From Alphaproteobacteria bacterium (GTDB lineage: Bacteria > Pseudomonadota > Alphaproteobacteria > SP197): a stretch of DNA of 64,000 nt. Within the stretch, counting starts at the first letter, position 1. Every line of letters begins with the position of its first letter. The translations under genes and the position numbers were made by a program. The stretch is from assembly GCA_965221115.1 (NCBI GenBank), contig CBDCRU010000002.1, forward strand, positions 452,045-516,044. The letters are read 5' to 3'. Below, piece after piece: positions 8,567 to 19,600 of this stretch. The notes beneath the pieces are model-generated. The model was not told the origin of the DNA. It ran no database searches and worked only from the letters and a program-made list of their open reading frames with translations.

Positions 8567-9816
8567 CGATGACCGCAGCCGTCGCCACAAACGACATCGC
8601 CTTCGACACTTCGCTGGTACGCGCGGACTTTCCCATACTCTCGCGCAAGGTGCGCGGCCGTCCGCTGGTCTATCTCGACAGCGCCGCCAGCGCCCAGAAG
8701 CCGCGCCAGGTGATCGATGCCGAACGCCGCCTCTACGAGGAGGAGTACGCAAATGTCCATCGCGGCGTGCACTGGCTCTCCCAGGCCGCGACCGAGAGGT
8801 TCGAGGAAGCACGGGATGCGGTCCGCCGCTTCATCAATGCCTCTGAAGACCGGGAAGTGGTCTTCGTGCGCGGCGGCACCGAGGGCATCAACCTGGTAGC
8901 GCAGTCCTGGGGCCGGACGAACCTCGAGGAAGGCGACAGGATCCTGATCTCGACCCTCGAGCACCACGCGAACATCGTGCCGTGGCACCTGCTAGCAGCC
9001 GAGAGAGGGCTCGTGGTCGAGGCGATTCCCATCTTCGACGACGGCCAGATCGACATGGAGGCCTATCGCCGCCTGCTCGACCGTCCGGTGAAGCTGGTGG
9101 CTCTCACACAGATGTCCAACGCGCTCGGCGTCATCACGCCCGCCGCCGAGATGATTCGCATGGCCCACGACGCCGGCGCCAGGGTCATGCTCGACAGCTG
9201 CCAGGCAATCAGCCACGGCGCGGTGGATGTCCAGGCCCTCGACTGCGATTTCATGGTCTTTTCCGGCCACAAGATCTACGGACCCACGGGCATCGGCGTC
9301 CTCTACGGCAAGGCCGAACTTCTCGAGTCGATGCCGCCCTGGCAGGGCGGCGGCGAGATGATCGCCCGGGTCACCCTGGAGCGCTCGACCTTCAAGGGGA
9401 TCCCCCACCGCTTCGAGGCCGGCACCCCGGCGATCGCCCAGGCCGTCGGGCTCAAGGCCGCCCTCGACTATGTCACCGCTCTCGGCATGGAGAGGATCGC
9501 CGACCACGAAGCCATGCTGCATGCCCTGGCCGTGGAGCGTCTTTCGGCCATCGAGGGTCTCACCATGCTGGGCACCCATCCCGCCAGGGCGGCCATCGTC
9601 TCCTTCAACCTGGACGGCATCCACCCCCACGATGTCGGCACCATCGTCGATCACGAGGGTGTCGCGGTGCGCGTCGGTCACCACTGCGCCCAGCCCCTGA
9701 TGGACCGTTTCGATGTCGCCGCCACGGTCCGCGCCTCATTCGCCCTCTACAACACGGCCGACGAGGTCGACGCCCTGGTGGCGGCGCTGGAAGAGGTCAG
9801 GAGATTGTTTTCGTGA
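8563..9816 (+). CDS. sufS: cysteine desulfurase SufS
   Basis: 417 aa class-V aminotransferase. PLP-Lys motif SGHKIYGPTGIGVLYG. Active-site Cys in RVGHHCAQP. Confidence 0.93.
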   Translation: MTMTAAVATNDIAFDTSLVRADFPILSRKVRGRPLVYLDSAASAQKPRQVIDAERRLYEEEYANVHRGVHWLSQAATERFEEARDAVRRFINASEDREVVFVRGGTEGINLVAQSWGRTNLEEGDRILISTLEHHANIVPWHLLAAERGLVVEAIPIFDDGQIDMEAYRRLLDRPVKLVALTQMSNALGVITPAAEMIRMAHDAGARVMLDSCQAISHGAVDVQALDCDFMVFSGHKIYGPTGIGVLYGKAELLESMPPWQGGGEMIARVTLERSTFKGIPHRFEAGTPAIAQAVGLKAALDYVTALGMERIADHEAMLHALAVERLSAIEGLTMLGTHPARAAIVSFNLDGIHPHDVGTIVDHEGVAVRVGHHCAQPLMDRFDVAATVRASFALYNTADEVDALVAALEEVRRLFS

Positions 9817-10265
9817 TGGACGACCTGCGCGAACTCTACCAGGAAGTGATCCTCGATCACGGCAGGCACCCGAGAAACTGCCGTCGGGTGGACGATCACA
9901 GCCACGCGGCGGAGGGCGACAACCCGATGTGCGGCGATCGCCTGTCGGTCTATCTCAAGATCGACGATGACGGAACCATCCGGGATGCAGCCTTCCAGGG
10001 ACGCGGCTGCGCCATTTCCATCGCCTCGGCCTCGATCATGACGGAGATGCTGCCGGGTCTGAGCGAGGCTGATGCGCGCCGCCTCTTCGACAACTTCCAC
10101 CTGCTCGTCACGGGCCAGGACATCAATGGAAGCGATGCGGGCCTCGACAAGCTGGTCGTCATGTCGGGCGTGCGCAACTTTCCCGTGCGCGTGAAGTGCG
10201 CGACCCTCGCCTGGCACGCGATGACCGCCGCCATGGACGGCGAGTCCACGGCAACGACGGAGTAG
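9816..10265 (+). CDS. SUF-system NifU-family Fe-S assembly/sulfur-acceptor protein (SufU/IscU-like)
   Basis: The start overlaps the sufS stop (TGATG). Motifs NPMCGD and GRGCAISIASAS. Confidence 0.8.
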   Translation: MDDLRELYQEVILDHGRHPRNCRRVDDHSHAAEGDNPMCGDRLSVYLKIDDDGTIRDAAFQGRGCAISIASASIMTEMLPGLSEADARRLFDNFHLLVTGQDINGSDAGLDKLVVMSGVRNFPVRVKCATLAWHAMTAAMDGESTATTE

Positions 10266-10268
10266 ACC

Positions 10269-10673
10269 ATGCAATCCGACAAGCCAGAGGGAATGACCCC
10301 CACCGGCCTCCACGAGAGCTGGACACCGGAAACGGAGGTCGATCCCCACAGCATTCCCCAGGCCGAGGGTGAGCCGCTGATCGGCGACATCGTCGATTCG
10401 ATTCGCACGGTCTATGATCCGGAGATTCCGGTGAACATCTACGATCTGGGTCTCGTCTATGCTATCGATTCAAAGCCTGACGGCTCGGTGCGCATCGAGA
10501 TGACGCTCACCACGCCGGGTTGTCCGGTGGCGGAAGACATCCCCGTGTGGATACGAGATGCCGTCTCGAAGGTGGAGGGCGCGAAGGACGTTGCGGTCGA
10601 CATCGTCTGGGATCCTCCCTGGGATCCGTCGATGATGTCGGACTACGCAAGGATCGAACTGGGCTTCTACTGA
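10269..10673 (+). CDS. SufT-like Fe-S assembly protein (DUF59/MIP18)
   Basis: 134 aa. Core GDIVDSIRTVYDPEIPVNIYDLGLVY...TLTTPGCP is typical of DUF59. Confidence 0.8.
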   Translation: MQSDKPEGMTPTGLHESWTPETEVDPHSIPQAEGEPLIGDIVDSIRTVYDPEIPVNIYDLGLVYAIDSKPDGSVRIEMTLTTPGCPVAEDIPVWIRDAVSKVEGAKDVAVDIVWDPPWDPSMMSDYARIELGFY

Positions 10674-10703
10674 GCCCCGATCAGGACTGGAGAGGAAGCA
10701 GCC

Positions 10704-11048
10704 ATGTTCGCAATACCCGGCAAGGATCTGATGACCCTGACCGATCGCGCCGCCGAGCGCGTCAAGGCGCTGATGCGCCTCAACGAGAAGGCAGTCGGGC
10801 TCAAGGTTGGAATCAAGATGGCCGGATGCAGCGGCTTTTCCTACACGATGGACTATGCCGAGGAAGAGACCGGCAAGGAGGACACGATCGAATCGAAGGG
10901 TGTCAGGCTCTTCATCGATCCTGCCGCCTCCATGTTCCTGCTCGGCACCGAGCTCGACTGGCACGAGGACCAGCTGGAGAGCCGCTTCGTCTTCAACAAT
11001 CCGAACGTGAAGGGCATGTGCGGTTGCGGTGAATCGTTCACCGTCTGA
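10704..11048 (+). CDS. sufA: A-type Fe-S carrier (SufA/IscA/ErpA, HesB family)
   Basis: 114 aa. Cys in GCSGFSY and C-terminal CGCGESF. Confidence 0.85.
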   Translation: MFAIPGKDLMTLTDRAAERVKALMRLNEKAVGLKVGIKMAGCSGFSYTMDYAEEETGKEDTIESKGVRLFIDPAASMFLLGTELDWHEDQLESRFVFNNPNVKGMCGCGESFTV

Positions 11049-11074
11049 ACACCCCGTCTGCAGAGTTTTCCGTC

Positions 11075-13009
11075 GTGCACCGTTGGCGTCTTGCCATCCT
11101 GGCGATCGTCTTCGCCCTGATCGTCCCGGCGCGGGCTGACACCGTACCTTTGGGCGAGGACGACATCGCCCATTACCGATCGGCCTTCTACCACGCCAAG
11201 AAGAACCAGTGGCGCGATGCGGAGATCTGGGCCTCCAGGGCGTCGGATCCGGTGCTGGTCGACGTCATCGCCTGGATGCGGATGAAGGACGACTGGCGGG
11301 CCTCCTTCGACGACATCCGGGCCTTCATGGAAACCCGTTCCGAGTGGCCGTTGCAGGACATGCTGCGCCGCAACGCCGAGGACGTCATGCCGGGCGATCT
11401 CAGAAACGCCGACGTGATCGCCCACTTCACGCGCTGGCCGCCCCTGACGGACGGGGGCGTCCTGCGCCATATCGAGGCCCTCCTCGATGCCGGCCGGGAG
11501 AGCGAGGCCCGAGCGGCGGTCCTCGATGCCTGGCAGCACCACACGTTCAGGGCAGCGGGAGAACGGTCCTTTCTCCGCAAACATGGGTCCTGGCTCACAC
11601 CCGAACAGCACCAGGAACGTGTCGACCGGCTGATCTGGCGGGGTGAGACCGCCGCAGCGCGTCGCATTCTCACCCGCCTGAAAGATGACGGCCTCGCCGC
11701 TCTCGGCGAAGCGCGCATACGCCTCAAGGGTCGGGAGTGGGGGGTGGATGCCGCGATCGCCAGGGTCCCGGCACACTTGCGTGACGACGAGGCACTGATC
11801 TTCGAGCGCGCCGACTGGCGCCTCGGACGTGGGCGCTACGACGCTGCACTGGAACTCGTTCTTGGCCTGCCGCACGACATCAGCCAGCCGGACCGCTGGG
11901 CCCTGCAGCGGCTCCGCATTGCCGGCGAGCTGATGGCCCGGGGCGACATGGAAGGGGCCTACGATGTCGTTGCCGATCATCGCCGCCACCATGGCGCCTT
12001 TCACCATCGCGCCGAGTGGCTGGCCGGATGGATTGCTCTGCGCCATCTCGATGACCCCGTCACCGCGCTGGGACACTTCTCCTGGTTCCAGGACCAGGTC
12101 AGCCAGCCCATCAGCCTGGCGCGTGGTGCCTACTGGTGCGCCAGGGCCGCGGAAGCCGGCGGTGATCCGGCGCTGGCGAGCGACTGGTTCGACCGGGCGG
12201 CAGAGCACCCGCAGACCTTCTACGGACAGCTTGCCGCCATGCGCCAGGGAACCGTGATCTCCCTGCCGGCACCGCCCGTCATCGAACGTGCGGACGCCGA
12301 TGAAGGGCTGTTCCTCATCGTCCGCCGGCTGACGGAGGTGAGGGAGTTGAGCCTGGCCGAGACCTTCCTCCAGCACATGGCGAGGACGGCCGAATCGTCT
12401 GAAGACCTGGAGGCCATAGCCGCCACTGCACTGGACCTCTATCTGCCTCACGCCGCCGTCAGGGTGGCCAAGATAGCGGCCACCAAGGGCGTGGTGATGC
12501 CGGCAGCCGGGTATCCCGTCATCGACCTGCCGGACACCGGGCGTGTCGATCCTGACCTGGTGCTGGCCGTCATCAACCGCGAGAGCGAGTTCAACAGGAT
12601 CGCCATCTCCGGCAGCGCGGCCTATGGCCTGATGCAGCTCCGCCTTGCCACCGCCCGCGCGACCGCCGCACGGCTCGGTGTCGAGACATCCCGGGAACTG
12701 CTTCTCGGGAACTCCCGGCACAACATCAGGCTGGGCACCGCCTACCTGCGGCGCCTGATCGGAAACTACCGCGGTTCCCTCGTTCTGGCTCTCGCCGCCT
12801 ACAACGGCGGATCGGGAAACGTCGGAGGGTGGATCGGGCGCTCGGGCCGCCCCGACGATCCCCATGTCGATGCCATCGACTGGATCGAGAGCATTCCCTT
12901 CCGCGAGACGCGAAACTACGTCCAGCGCGTGATCGAGGCCATGCAGGTCTATCGCGTGCTGCGGGGCGAGAAACCCCTCGACCTCTTCCCGGCGACGGGA
13001 AGCTCCTGA
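11075..13009 (+). CDS. soluble lytic murein transglycosylase (Slt family), GTG start, signal peptide
   Basis: 644 aa. N-terminal hydrophobic signal peptide. Catalytic-domain motifs ESEFN and AAYGLMQL...AYNGGSGNV. Confidence 0.85.
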   Translation: MHRWRLAILAIVFALIVPARADTVPLGEDDIAHYRSAFYHAKKNQWRDAEIWASRASDPVLVDVIAWMRMKDDWRASFDDIRAFMETRSEWPLQDMLRRNAEDVMPGDLRNADVIAHFTRWPPLTDGGVLRHIEALLDAGRESEARAAVLDAWQHHTFRAAGERSFLRKHGSWLTPEQHQERVDRLIWRGETAAARRILTRLKDDGLAALGEARIRLKGREWGVDAAIARVPAHLRDDEALIFERADWRLGRGRYDAALELVLGLPHDISQPDRWALQRLRIAGELMARGDMEGAYDVVADHRRHHGAFHHRAEWLAGWIALRHLDDPVTALGHFSWFQDQVSQPISLARGAYWCARAAEAGGDPALASDWFDRAAEHPQTFYGQLAAMRQGTVISLPAPPVIERADADEGLFLIVRRLTEVRELSLAETFLQHMARTAESSEDLEAIAATALDLYLPHAAVRVAKIAATKGVVMPAAGYPVIDLPDTGRVDPDLVLAVINRESEFNRIAISGSAAYGLMQLRLATARATAARLGVETSRELLLGNSRHNIRLGTAYLRRLIGNYRGSLVLALAAYNGGSGNVGGWIGRSGRPDDPHVDAIDWIESIPFRETRNYVQRVIEAMQVYRVLRGEKPLDLFPATGSS

Positions 13010-13043
13010 CCACGACACCTGGCGAGCCCCGGGGAGGCGACCC

Positions 13044-13649
13044 ATGACTGAAGCAGAGCTCAACATCATCGACGGAACGCCGCTCGACATGCTGGCAAGC
13101 CGCCGCTCGGTCCTTGCCGCGCGGCTGGATGACCCCGGGCCAGACGAGGAGGAGCTCCAACGCATGCTGGACGTGGCGGTGCGGGTTCCCGATCACGGGC
13201 GCGTCACGCCGTGGCGCCTGCAGGTCCTCTCGCGGCAGGCACAGAAGGAACTGGGAGACGCCTTCGCCGAGGAGTTCACGAGGCAGAACCCCGGTGTCCC
13301 GGAGGATCGCCTGCACCTCGAGTGGATTCGCCCGCAACGCTCTCCGGTTCTCGTCATCGTCTCCAGCCGCATCGTGCCGGACCGCGACGGCGTTCCTCCG
13401 GTCGAGCAGCTGCTGTCGTGCGGCAATGTCTGCTTCAACCTGCTGCATGCGGCTACGGCGTTGGGATACGGCGCCCAGTGGGTCACCAACTGGCCTGCCT
13501 ACAACGAGAACATCAAGGCGACGCTCGGCATTCCCGCAGACGACCACCTGGTCGGTTTCGTCCACATCGGCACCCCGAAAGGCCCTCCCCAGGAGCGCCA
13601 GCGTCCGGTGATCTCGGAGGTGGTCTCCCGCCTCGACAGCCTTCCCTGA
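13044..13649 (+). CDS. nitroreductase family protein
   Basis: 201 aa. RRS...LD and PDHGRVTPWRL core typical of NAD(P)H nitroreductases. Confidence 0.8.
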   Translation: MTEAELNIIDGTPLDMLASRRSVLAARLDDPGPDEEELQRMLDVAVRVPDHGRVTPWRLQVLSRQAQKELGDAFAEEFTRQNPGVPEDRLHLEWIRPQRSPVLVIVSSRIVPDRDGVPPVEQLLSCGNVCFNLLHAATALGYGAQWVTNWPAYNENIKATLGIPADDHLVGFVHIGTPKGPPQERQRPVISEVVSRLDSLP

Positions 13650-13659
13650 AGAGCCTCGC

Positions 13660-15216
13660 TCAAGCCGCCGCGACGGCCGAGGAGGGTGAGGTCACGAAGG
13701 CCGCGCCATATCTCATGCCGTCCAGGTCCTGCACCACATTGGGGCAGGCATAGGACGAGATCACCGAAGGCGGCAGTTCCACCGTCGGCCAGCGAGCGGC
13801 CAGCGCCGTCCGGACCTCCTGATCGAAGCGTGTGTCCACCGTCACGAGGTCGTCTCCGCTGACATCGATCCGCGGCGTGTGACACGCCTCCTCCAGCGTC
13901 ATGCCGAAATCCACAAGCAGCGACACCAACTGGAAGATCGCCGGGAAGATGCGGCGGCCGCCTGAGGCTCCGAGCGCCACGTTGCCGGCCGGCGATTCCG
14001 TCACGATGGTGGGGCACATGTTCGAGAGCGGTTTCCGGCCGGGCGCCAGGGAATTGGGCCGGCCGGGCCTCGGATCAAACCACATGACACCGTTGTTCAT
14101 GAGGAGACCCGTGCGGGGCAGCATGACGCGGCTTCCGAAGACGGAGAGCAGGGTCTGGGTGAGGGCGACCATGTTGCCCTTGCCATCAACCACGGAAAGG
14201 TGCGTCGTCGATCCTTTTCCTGAGTCCCAGCCCATGGTGGCGAGGCGGTGACGATAGGCGTCGAAGAGCGTGTCGGCCCACGCCTCGCACGCCGAGGCAC
14301 CGGGGGCCGTCTCCTCCCGGCTCCACGAGGCGGCGAGACGCGAGAGCGCATCGATGAGTGTCGGGCCGGCGTTGAGACCCGGCGGAACGTTGATCCCCGC
14401 GCCACGGTAGGTGGCCCCCAAGGCCGGCGCGATCGTCGCCTCACAGCGCCGCAGATCCTCGGAGCCGACCCGCGATCCCGCCTCCTCGAGATCGGCGACG
14501 AGGAGACGGGCGAGATCGCCCCGATAGAAATCCTCGAGCCCGGCATCGCGCAGCCGTTCGAGGGAGGCAACGAGAGCCTCGTTCTCGAGAATTGCGAGAT
14601 CGCCCTGATCGACGCTCGCCGCCGGCAGGCCCCCGGGAAGGAAGTGGTCGCGGCTCGTCTTGTAGGCCGCGAGGCCTGGCGCCTCGAGGGCGATCCTCAA
14701 GGTGGTGTGCCAGTCGACCTTGAGGCCCCTCCGTGCCAGATCGATGGCGGGAGACATGACATCGGCAAGCGGCATGGTACCGAAGCGCTCGAGCGCAGCG
14801 GCCATGCCGGCCGCCTGGGTCGGAACGGCGATCGAAAGCGGTCCCTGGACGTTGCGGTCGTCCAGCACCAGGGGCCAGCCGAAGAGATCGTCGTCCGCGC
14901 CACCCTCCTCCTTGAGGGGATAGTCTTGCGCATCGAGGGCAAGGGAAGCCCGGGTATGGAAGTCGACGGCGTGACAGTCGCCGCGTTCGGCGTCGAGGAC
15001 CATCATGTAGCCGCAGCCGCCCAGCCCGCTCATCCAGGGCTCGACCACGCCCAGCGCGAAGCTCGTCGCGACCGCGGCATCGACCGCATTGCCGCCGGCC
15101 TTGAGGATCTCCGCGCCGACAGCCGATGCCTCGTAGTGCTGGCTCGCGACCACGCCCTCCCGGCTGGAGACGGCCGGTTTGGTGATGCGCCAAGTTTCTT
15201 CAAGTGTCCACGTCAT
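13660..15216 (-). CDS. ggt: gamma-glutamyltransferase
   Basis: Catalytic Thr motif GSTTHLSVVDGKGNMVALTQTL and GASGGRRI. The start is taken at MTWTLEE. The longer ORF to 15372 is possible. Confidence 0.85.
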   Translation of the reverse strand: MTWTLEETWRITKPAVSSREGVVASQHYEASAVGAEILKAGGNAVDAAVATSFALGVVEPWMSGLGGCGYMMVLDAERGDCHAVDFHTRASLALDAQDYPLKEEGGADDDLFGWPLVLDDRNVQGPLSIAVPTQAAGMAAALERFGTMPLADVMSPAIDLARRGLKVDWHTTLRIALEAPGLAAYKTSRDHFLPGGLPAASVDQGDLAILENEALVASLERLRDAGLEDFYRGDLARLLVADLEEAGSRVGSEDLRRCEATIAPALGATYRGAGINVPPGLNAGPTLIDALSRLAASWSREETAPGASACEAWADTLFDAYRHRLATMGWDSGKGSTTHLSVVDGKGNMVALTQTLLSVFGSRVMLPRTGLLMNNGVMWFDPRPGRPNSLAPGRKPLSNMCPTIVTESPAGNVALGASGGRRIFPAIFQLVSLLVDFGMTLEEACHTPRIDVSGDDLVTVDTRFDQEVRTALAARWPTVELPPSVISSYACPNVVQDLDGMRYGAAFVTSPSSAVAAA

Positions 15217-15303
15217 GACTGCCAGGGCTCCGGATGGAAGAATGGAGGATGCACAATAGGTCGGGTATCGTTCGGCCGTCATCCCCCGTGACGGGAGTTC
15301 CCG

Positions 15304-16596
15304 ATGAGTCTCTTCGCCAGCGCCTTCAAGTCGGATCCCTACTGGTGGGAGGACGCAGCCCCCACCCGTCACGACACGAATGAACTCCCATCAGAAGTCG
15401 ACGTGGCGATCGTCGGCAGCGGCTACACCGGTCTCAATGCCGCCATCGTCCTGGCGCGGGCCGGGCGCAGCGTCATCATCCTCGAGGCCGAGGAGACCGC
15501 CTGGGGGTGCAGTTCACGCAACGGCGGCCAGATCAGCCCCGGCGTCAAGCCCGGCGTCGACACACTCGAACGGCGCTACGGGCGCGAGGCGGCCCACGCC
15601 ATCCTCCGCGAGGGACATGCCAGCCTCGAGTTCCTCGGCGATTTCGTCAAAGCAGAAGAGATCAACTGCGACTACCAGTACTGCGGCCGCTTCATCGGCG
15701 TCCACCGTCCCGGCCGCTACGATTCCCTGGCGGAGCATTTCAAGGAATCCTCATCCGTCGTCCCCTTCGAGTGGCACATGGTGCCCCCCGCCGAAACGAC
15801 AAGCGAACTCGGCACCGAGGCCTACCACGGAGGCGCCGTCATGCCGGCCCACGCCAGCCTCCATCCGGCGCGCTACGCCGCGGGCCTCGCCAGCCGCGCC
15901 ACCCAAGCCGGTGCCGTCATCGCCACCAGCACACACGTCGACGGCATCGCAACAGACGGCAATCGCGTCACGGTCCGCACCAGCCGCGGCACGATCCAGG
16001 CCCGGGACGTCATCGTCGCCACCAACGGCTACACGGGCGCCGCCACACCCGGACTGAGGCGGCGCGTCATTCCCATCGGCAGCTACGTCATCGCCACCGA
16101 GCCGCTGGACCCCGCCGTCATGCAGCGCATCATGCCGAAGAAGCGGGTGATCTCGGATACCCGCAAGGTGGTCTACTACTACCGGCCCTCGCCCGATCAC
16201 ACGAGGGTGGTGTTCGGCGGCCGCGTGGCCCTGGGCGAAACCGACCCGAAGGTGAGCGCGCCGCGCCTCCATAACGTCATGACCGGCCTCTTCCCGGAGC
16301 TCAAGGAGACCCGGATCTCGCACAGCTGGATGGGGTTCGTCGCCTACACCTTCGATGAAGTCCCGCACATCGGCACCCACGACGGCGTCTGGTTCGCGAC
16401 CGGCTACTGCGGGTCCGGCGTCGCCTGGGCGAGCTATCTCGGCCACAGCCTCGGCCACAAGGTCCTGGGCAACGCCGAGGGCAGGACGGCCTTCGACGAC
16501 ATGAGCTTCCCGACCCGCCCGCTCTACAACGGCCGACCCTGGTTCCTCGGCTTTGCCCTCGCCTGGCACAAGACGATGGACCGCTGGGGTCCCTGA
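15304..16596 (+). CDS. FAD-dependent oxidoreductase (DAO family; PuuB/D-amino-acid-oxidase-like)
   Basis: Rossmann motif VAIVGSGYTGLNAAIVLARAG. 430 aa. Confidence 0.75.
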   Translation: MSLFASAFKSDPYWWEDAAPTRHDTNELPSEVDVAIVGSGYTGLNAAIVLARAGRSVIILEAEETAWGCSSRNGGQISPGVKPGVDTLERRYGREAAHAILREGHASLEFLGDFVKAEEINCDYQYCGRFIGVHRPGRYDSLAEHFKESSSVVPFEWHMVPPAETTSELGTEAYHGGAVMPAHASLHPARYAAGLASRATQAGAVIATSTHVDGIATDGNRVTVRTSRGTIQARDVIVATNGYTGAATPGLRRRVIPIGSYVIATEPLDPAVMQRIMPKKRVISDTRKVVYYYRPSPDHTRVVFGGRVALGETDPKVSAPRLHNVMTGLFPELKETRISHSWMGFVAYTFDEVPHIGTHDGVWFATGYCGSGVAWASYLGHSLGHKVLGNAEGRTAFDDMSFPTRPLYNGRPWFLGFALAWHKTMDRWGP

Positions 16597-16638
16597 GGCA
16601 GTGGAAAGCCGACAGCCAAGCGGATAGGGTCCGGGCCC

Positions 16639-19600
16639 ATGTACTTCGACCGTCGCCTATGGGCGTTCACCGAAGGGGTGCGCGGCCGCATGGCGTTCTC
16701 CGTCATTGTCGGCCTCGCCGCGGCCTGCGTCGGCGTTGCCCGCCTTGCACTGCTGGGCTGGCTCATCGCCATGGTCTTCGAGGGCCGCCCCTTCGCGGAC
16801 CTCATCGTGCCGATCGCCATCGTCGGCGGCGTAATGGTGGCCCGCGGCCTCCTCGAATACGTGCGCGTCATGGTCGCCCACGAGACGGCGGCCCGTGTCC
16901 AGATCGCCATCCGCAAGAGGATCTATGACAAGGCCGTGATCCTGGGCCCCGCCTGGTTCGGCCAGCAGCGTACCGGGGACGTGGTGCTCTCGGTGGTCGA
17001 CGGCGTGGAACAGCTCGAGACCTATTTCGGCGAGTTCCTTCCCACCCTTCTCATCGCCATCGTCACCCCGGTCGCCATCTTCGCCTTCGTCGCCTTTCTC
17101 GACCTGCCGGTCGCCGCCGTCCTCGTCACTGGCGCCGTCCTCGCCCTCGTCCTGCCGATGGCCTTCCACCGCCTCGACTACCAGGCAAGCATCAACCGCT
17201 CCCGGGCCTACGGCGAGTTCGGCGCCGAGTTCCTCGATGCCGTGCAGGGTCTCGCCACACTCAAGGCCTTCGGCCAGAGCACGGCACGGGCCATCGCCCT
17301 GGCAGCGAAGGCCAAGGCTCTCGCCTTCGGCACCCTGTGGGTGACGGCCGTGAATTCGCTGGGCCGCGGCATCACCGATGCCTCGATCGCCATCGCCGCG
17401 GCGGCAGCGCTCGGCTACGGCGCCTTTCGCGTCGAGGCCGGTCTCATGGAGCTCTCCACCCTTCTCATTGTGCTGATGATGGGGATCGAGCTCTTCCGCC
17501 CCTTGCGCGACATGAGAACCCAGCTCCACACCGGCATGCTCGGACAATCGGCGACCGAGGCCATCTTCCGGGTCCTGGATGCCAGCCCCCTCGTCCACGA
17601 GCCCGCCACCCCCACTCCAACATCTAACGACGACACCATCTCTGAGGGCCTCGCCTTCGAGGACGTCACCTTCACCTATCCGGGCGAGGCCGACACCACC
17701 CACGAGAATCTCTCGTTCTCCCTCCAGAAGGGCGAGAGCGTCGGCGTCGTCGGACCGTCGGGCGCCGGCAAGTCGTCGATCGTGCGCCTGCTGCTGCGGT
17801 TCTGGGATCCGGAGAAGGGCGCCATCACCATCGGCGGCCGCGACATCCGGACCATGACGACAGACGATCACCGCCGACAGATCGCGGTCGTCAACCAGGA
17901 CACCTACCTCTTTCACGGCACCGTCGAGGACAACCTGAAGTTCGGCAAGCCCGACGCGACCGAAGACGAGATGGAGGAAGCCTGCCGCCTCGCCAACGCC
18001 CACGACTTCATCTCCACCCTGCCGTCGGGCTACCAGACCGTGGTCGGGGAGCGCGGCATCAGGCTCTCCGGCGGCCAGCGCCAGAGGATCGCCATCGCCC
18101 GCGCCGTCTTGCGCGATGCGCCCATCCTCGTCCTCGACGAGGCGCTCTCGGCCGTCGATGCCGAAAACGAGGCCGTCATCCAGCAGGCGCTCTTCCGCCT
18201 CATGCAGGACCGCACGACCCTGATCCTCGCCCATCGCCTTTCGAGCGTCATCCGGGCGGACAGGATTCTCGTCCTCGACGATGGCAAGGTCGTCGAGGAG
18301 GGCCCCCACGACGACCTGATGGAGCGTCGCGGCGTCTACTGGACGCTCATGCACGAACAGGCCTCCGCGCCTGCGGCGAGAAGCGACGACTTCATCGCGC
18401 CCGACGAGGTGGTGTCCGCCGACAGGGACCGGGACATGGCGGCCCGGGCCGCCGCCGAGGCCGAACCGACACACGGGATCCTGCGCGCCGAGGGCCTGGG
18501 CTGGGCGGGAGCGGCGGAGGTCCTTCTCTCCTTCGTCTCCAGCGAGCGCCTGCGACTTTTCCTCACCTTCATCTTCGGCGTGAGCCGCGTCGTCAGCTTC
18601 ATCGGCGTGGGCGTATTTTCGGCCCTCGTGGTGGCGCGCATCGCCAACGGGGAGGACTGGTCGGGGCTCCTGGTCTGGCTTGCCATTGCCGCGCCGCTCG
18701 CCGGTATCCTGCACTGGCTCGAATCGTGGTTCGCCCACGACATGGCGTTTCGCCTGCTGGCCCGCATGCGGATCAGGCTCTTCGACAAGATCGACAGCCT
18801 GGCCCCGGCCTACCTCCTGCGCCGGCGCACCGGCGATCTCTCGGCCATGGCGACGCAGGACATCGAGACCATCGAATCCTTCTATGCCCACACCGTGGCC
18901 CCGGCCTTCGTGGCGGTGCTCACTCCGGCCATCGTGATCGGCGTCCTGGTGTCGTTCGGCTGGCCCATGGCGGTGGCTCTCGTCCCCTTCCTCGCCATCG
19001 TCGCGCTCTCCCCGGTCATGCTGCGCGGCCGCCTCGACCGGCTGGGCTCACAGGCCCGCGAGGCCCTGGGCGAGCTCAACGCCTTCACCGCCGATTCGAT
19101 CCAGGGCCTGGGCGAGATTCTGGCCTTCCGCCAGATCCGCGAGCGCCGCAACAACTTCATCACCATCGCCAGCGCGGTCTACCAAGCGCGCCTTCCCTTC
19201 TTCCGCGATCTCACGGTCCAGATGGCCATCCTCGAGGTGGCGACGGGTCTGGGCGGCCTTGCGATCATCGTCACCGGTGCCGCGATGGTGACCTCGGGCA
19301 ACCTCGACGGGAGCCTCCTTCCCTTCTTCACGCTCTTGGCCATGGCGTCCTTCCTGCCGGTGAGCGAGATCGCCCACGTCGGCCGCCAGCTCGCCGATAC
19401 CCTGGGCGCCGCACGGCGCCTCCACGCGGTCGACCGCGAGCCCGTGACCATCGCCGATGGGCCGGGCATCAACACCACACGCACCAGCGGCGGCGCGGCG
19501 ATCACCCTGGAACACGCGTCCTACACCTATCCCGGCCGCATCGAGCCCGCCGTCTCGGACGTCGACATCGCAATTCCGGCGGGCTCCACCGTCGCCCTCG

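Noticed and set aside
10853-13165. 770-aa minus-strand ORF overlapping sufA and the transglycosylase gene
   Set aside because: Antisense to two well-supported plus-strand genes. Composition is dominated by G/R/A/P. No motifs.
16657-18891. 744-aa minus-strand ORF inside the ABC exporter gene
   Set aside because: Antisense to a gene with two complete ABC modules. High-GC artefact.
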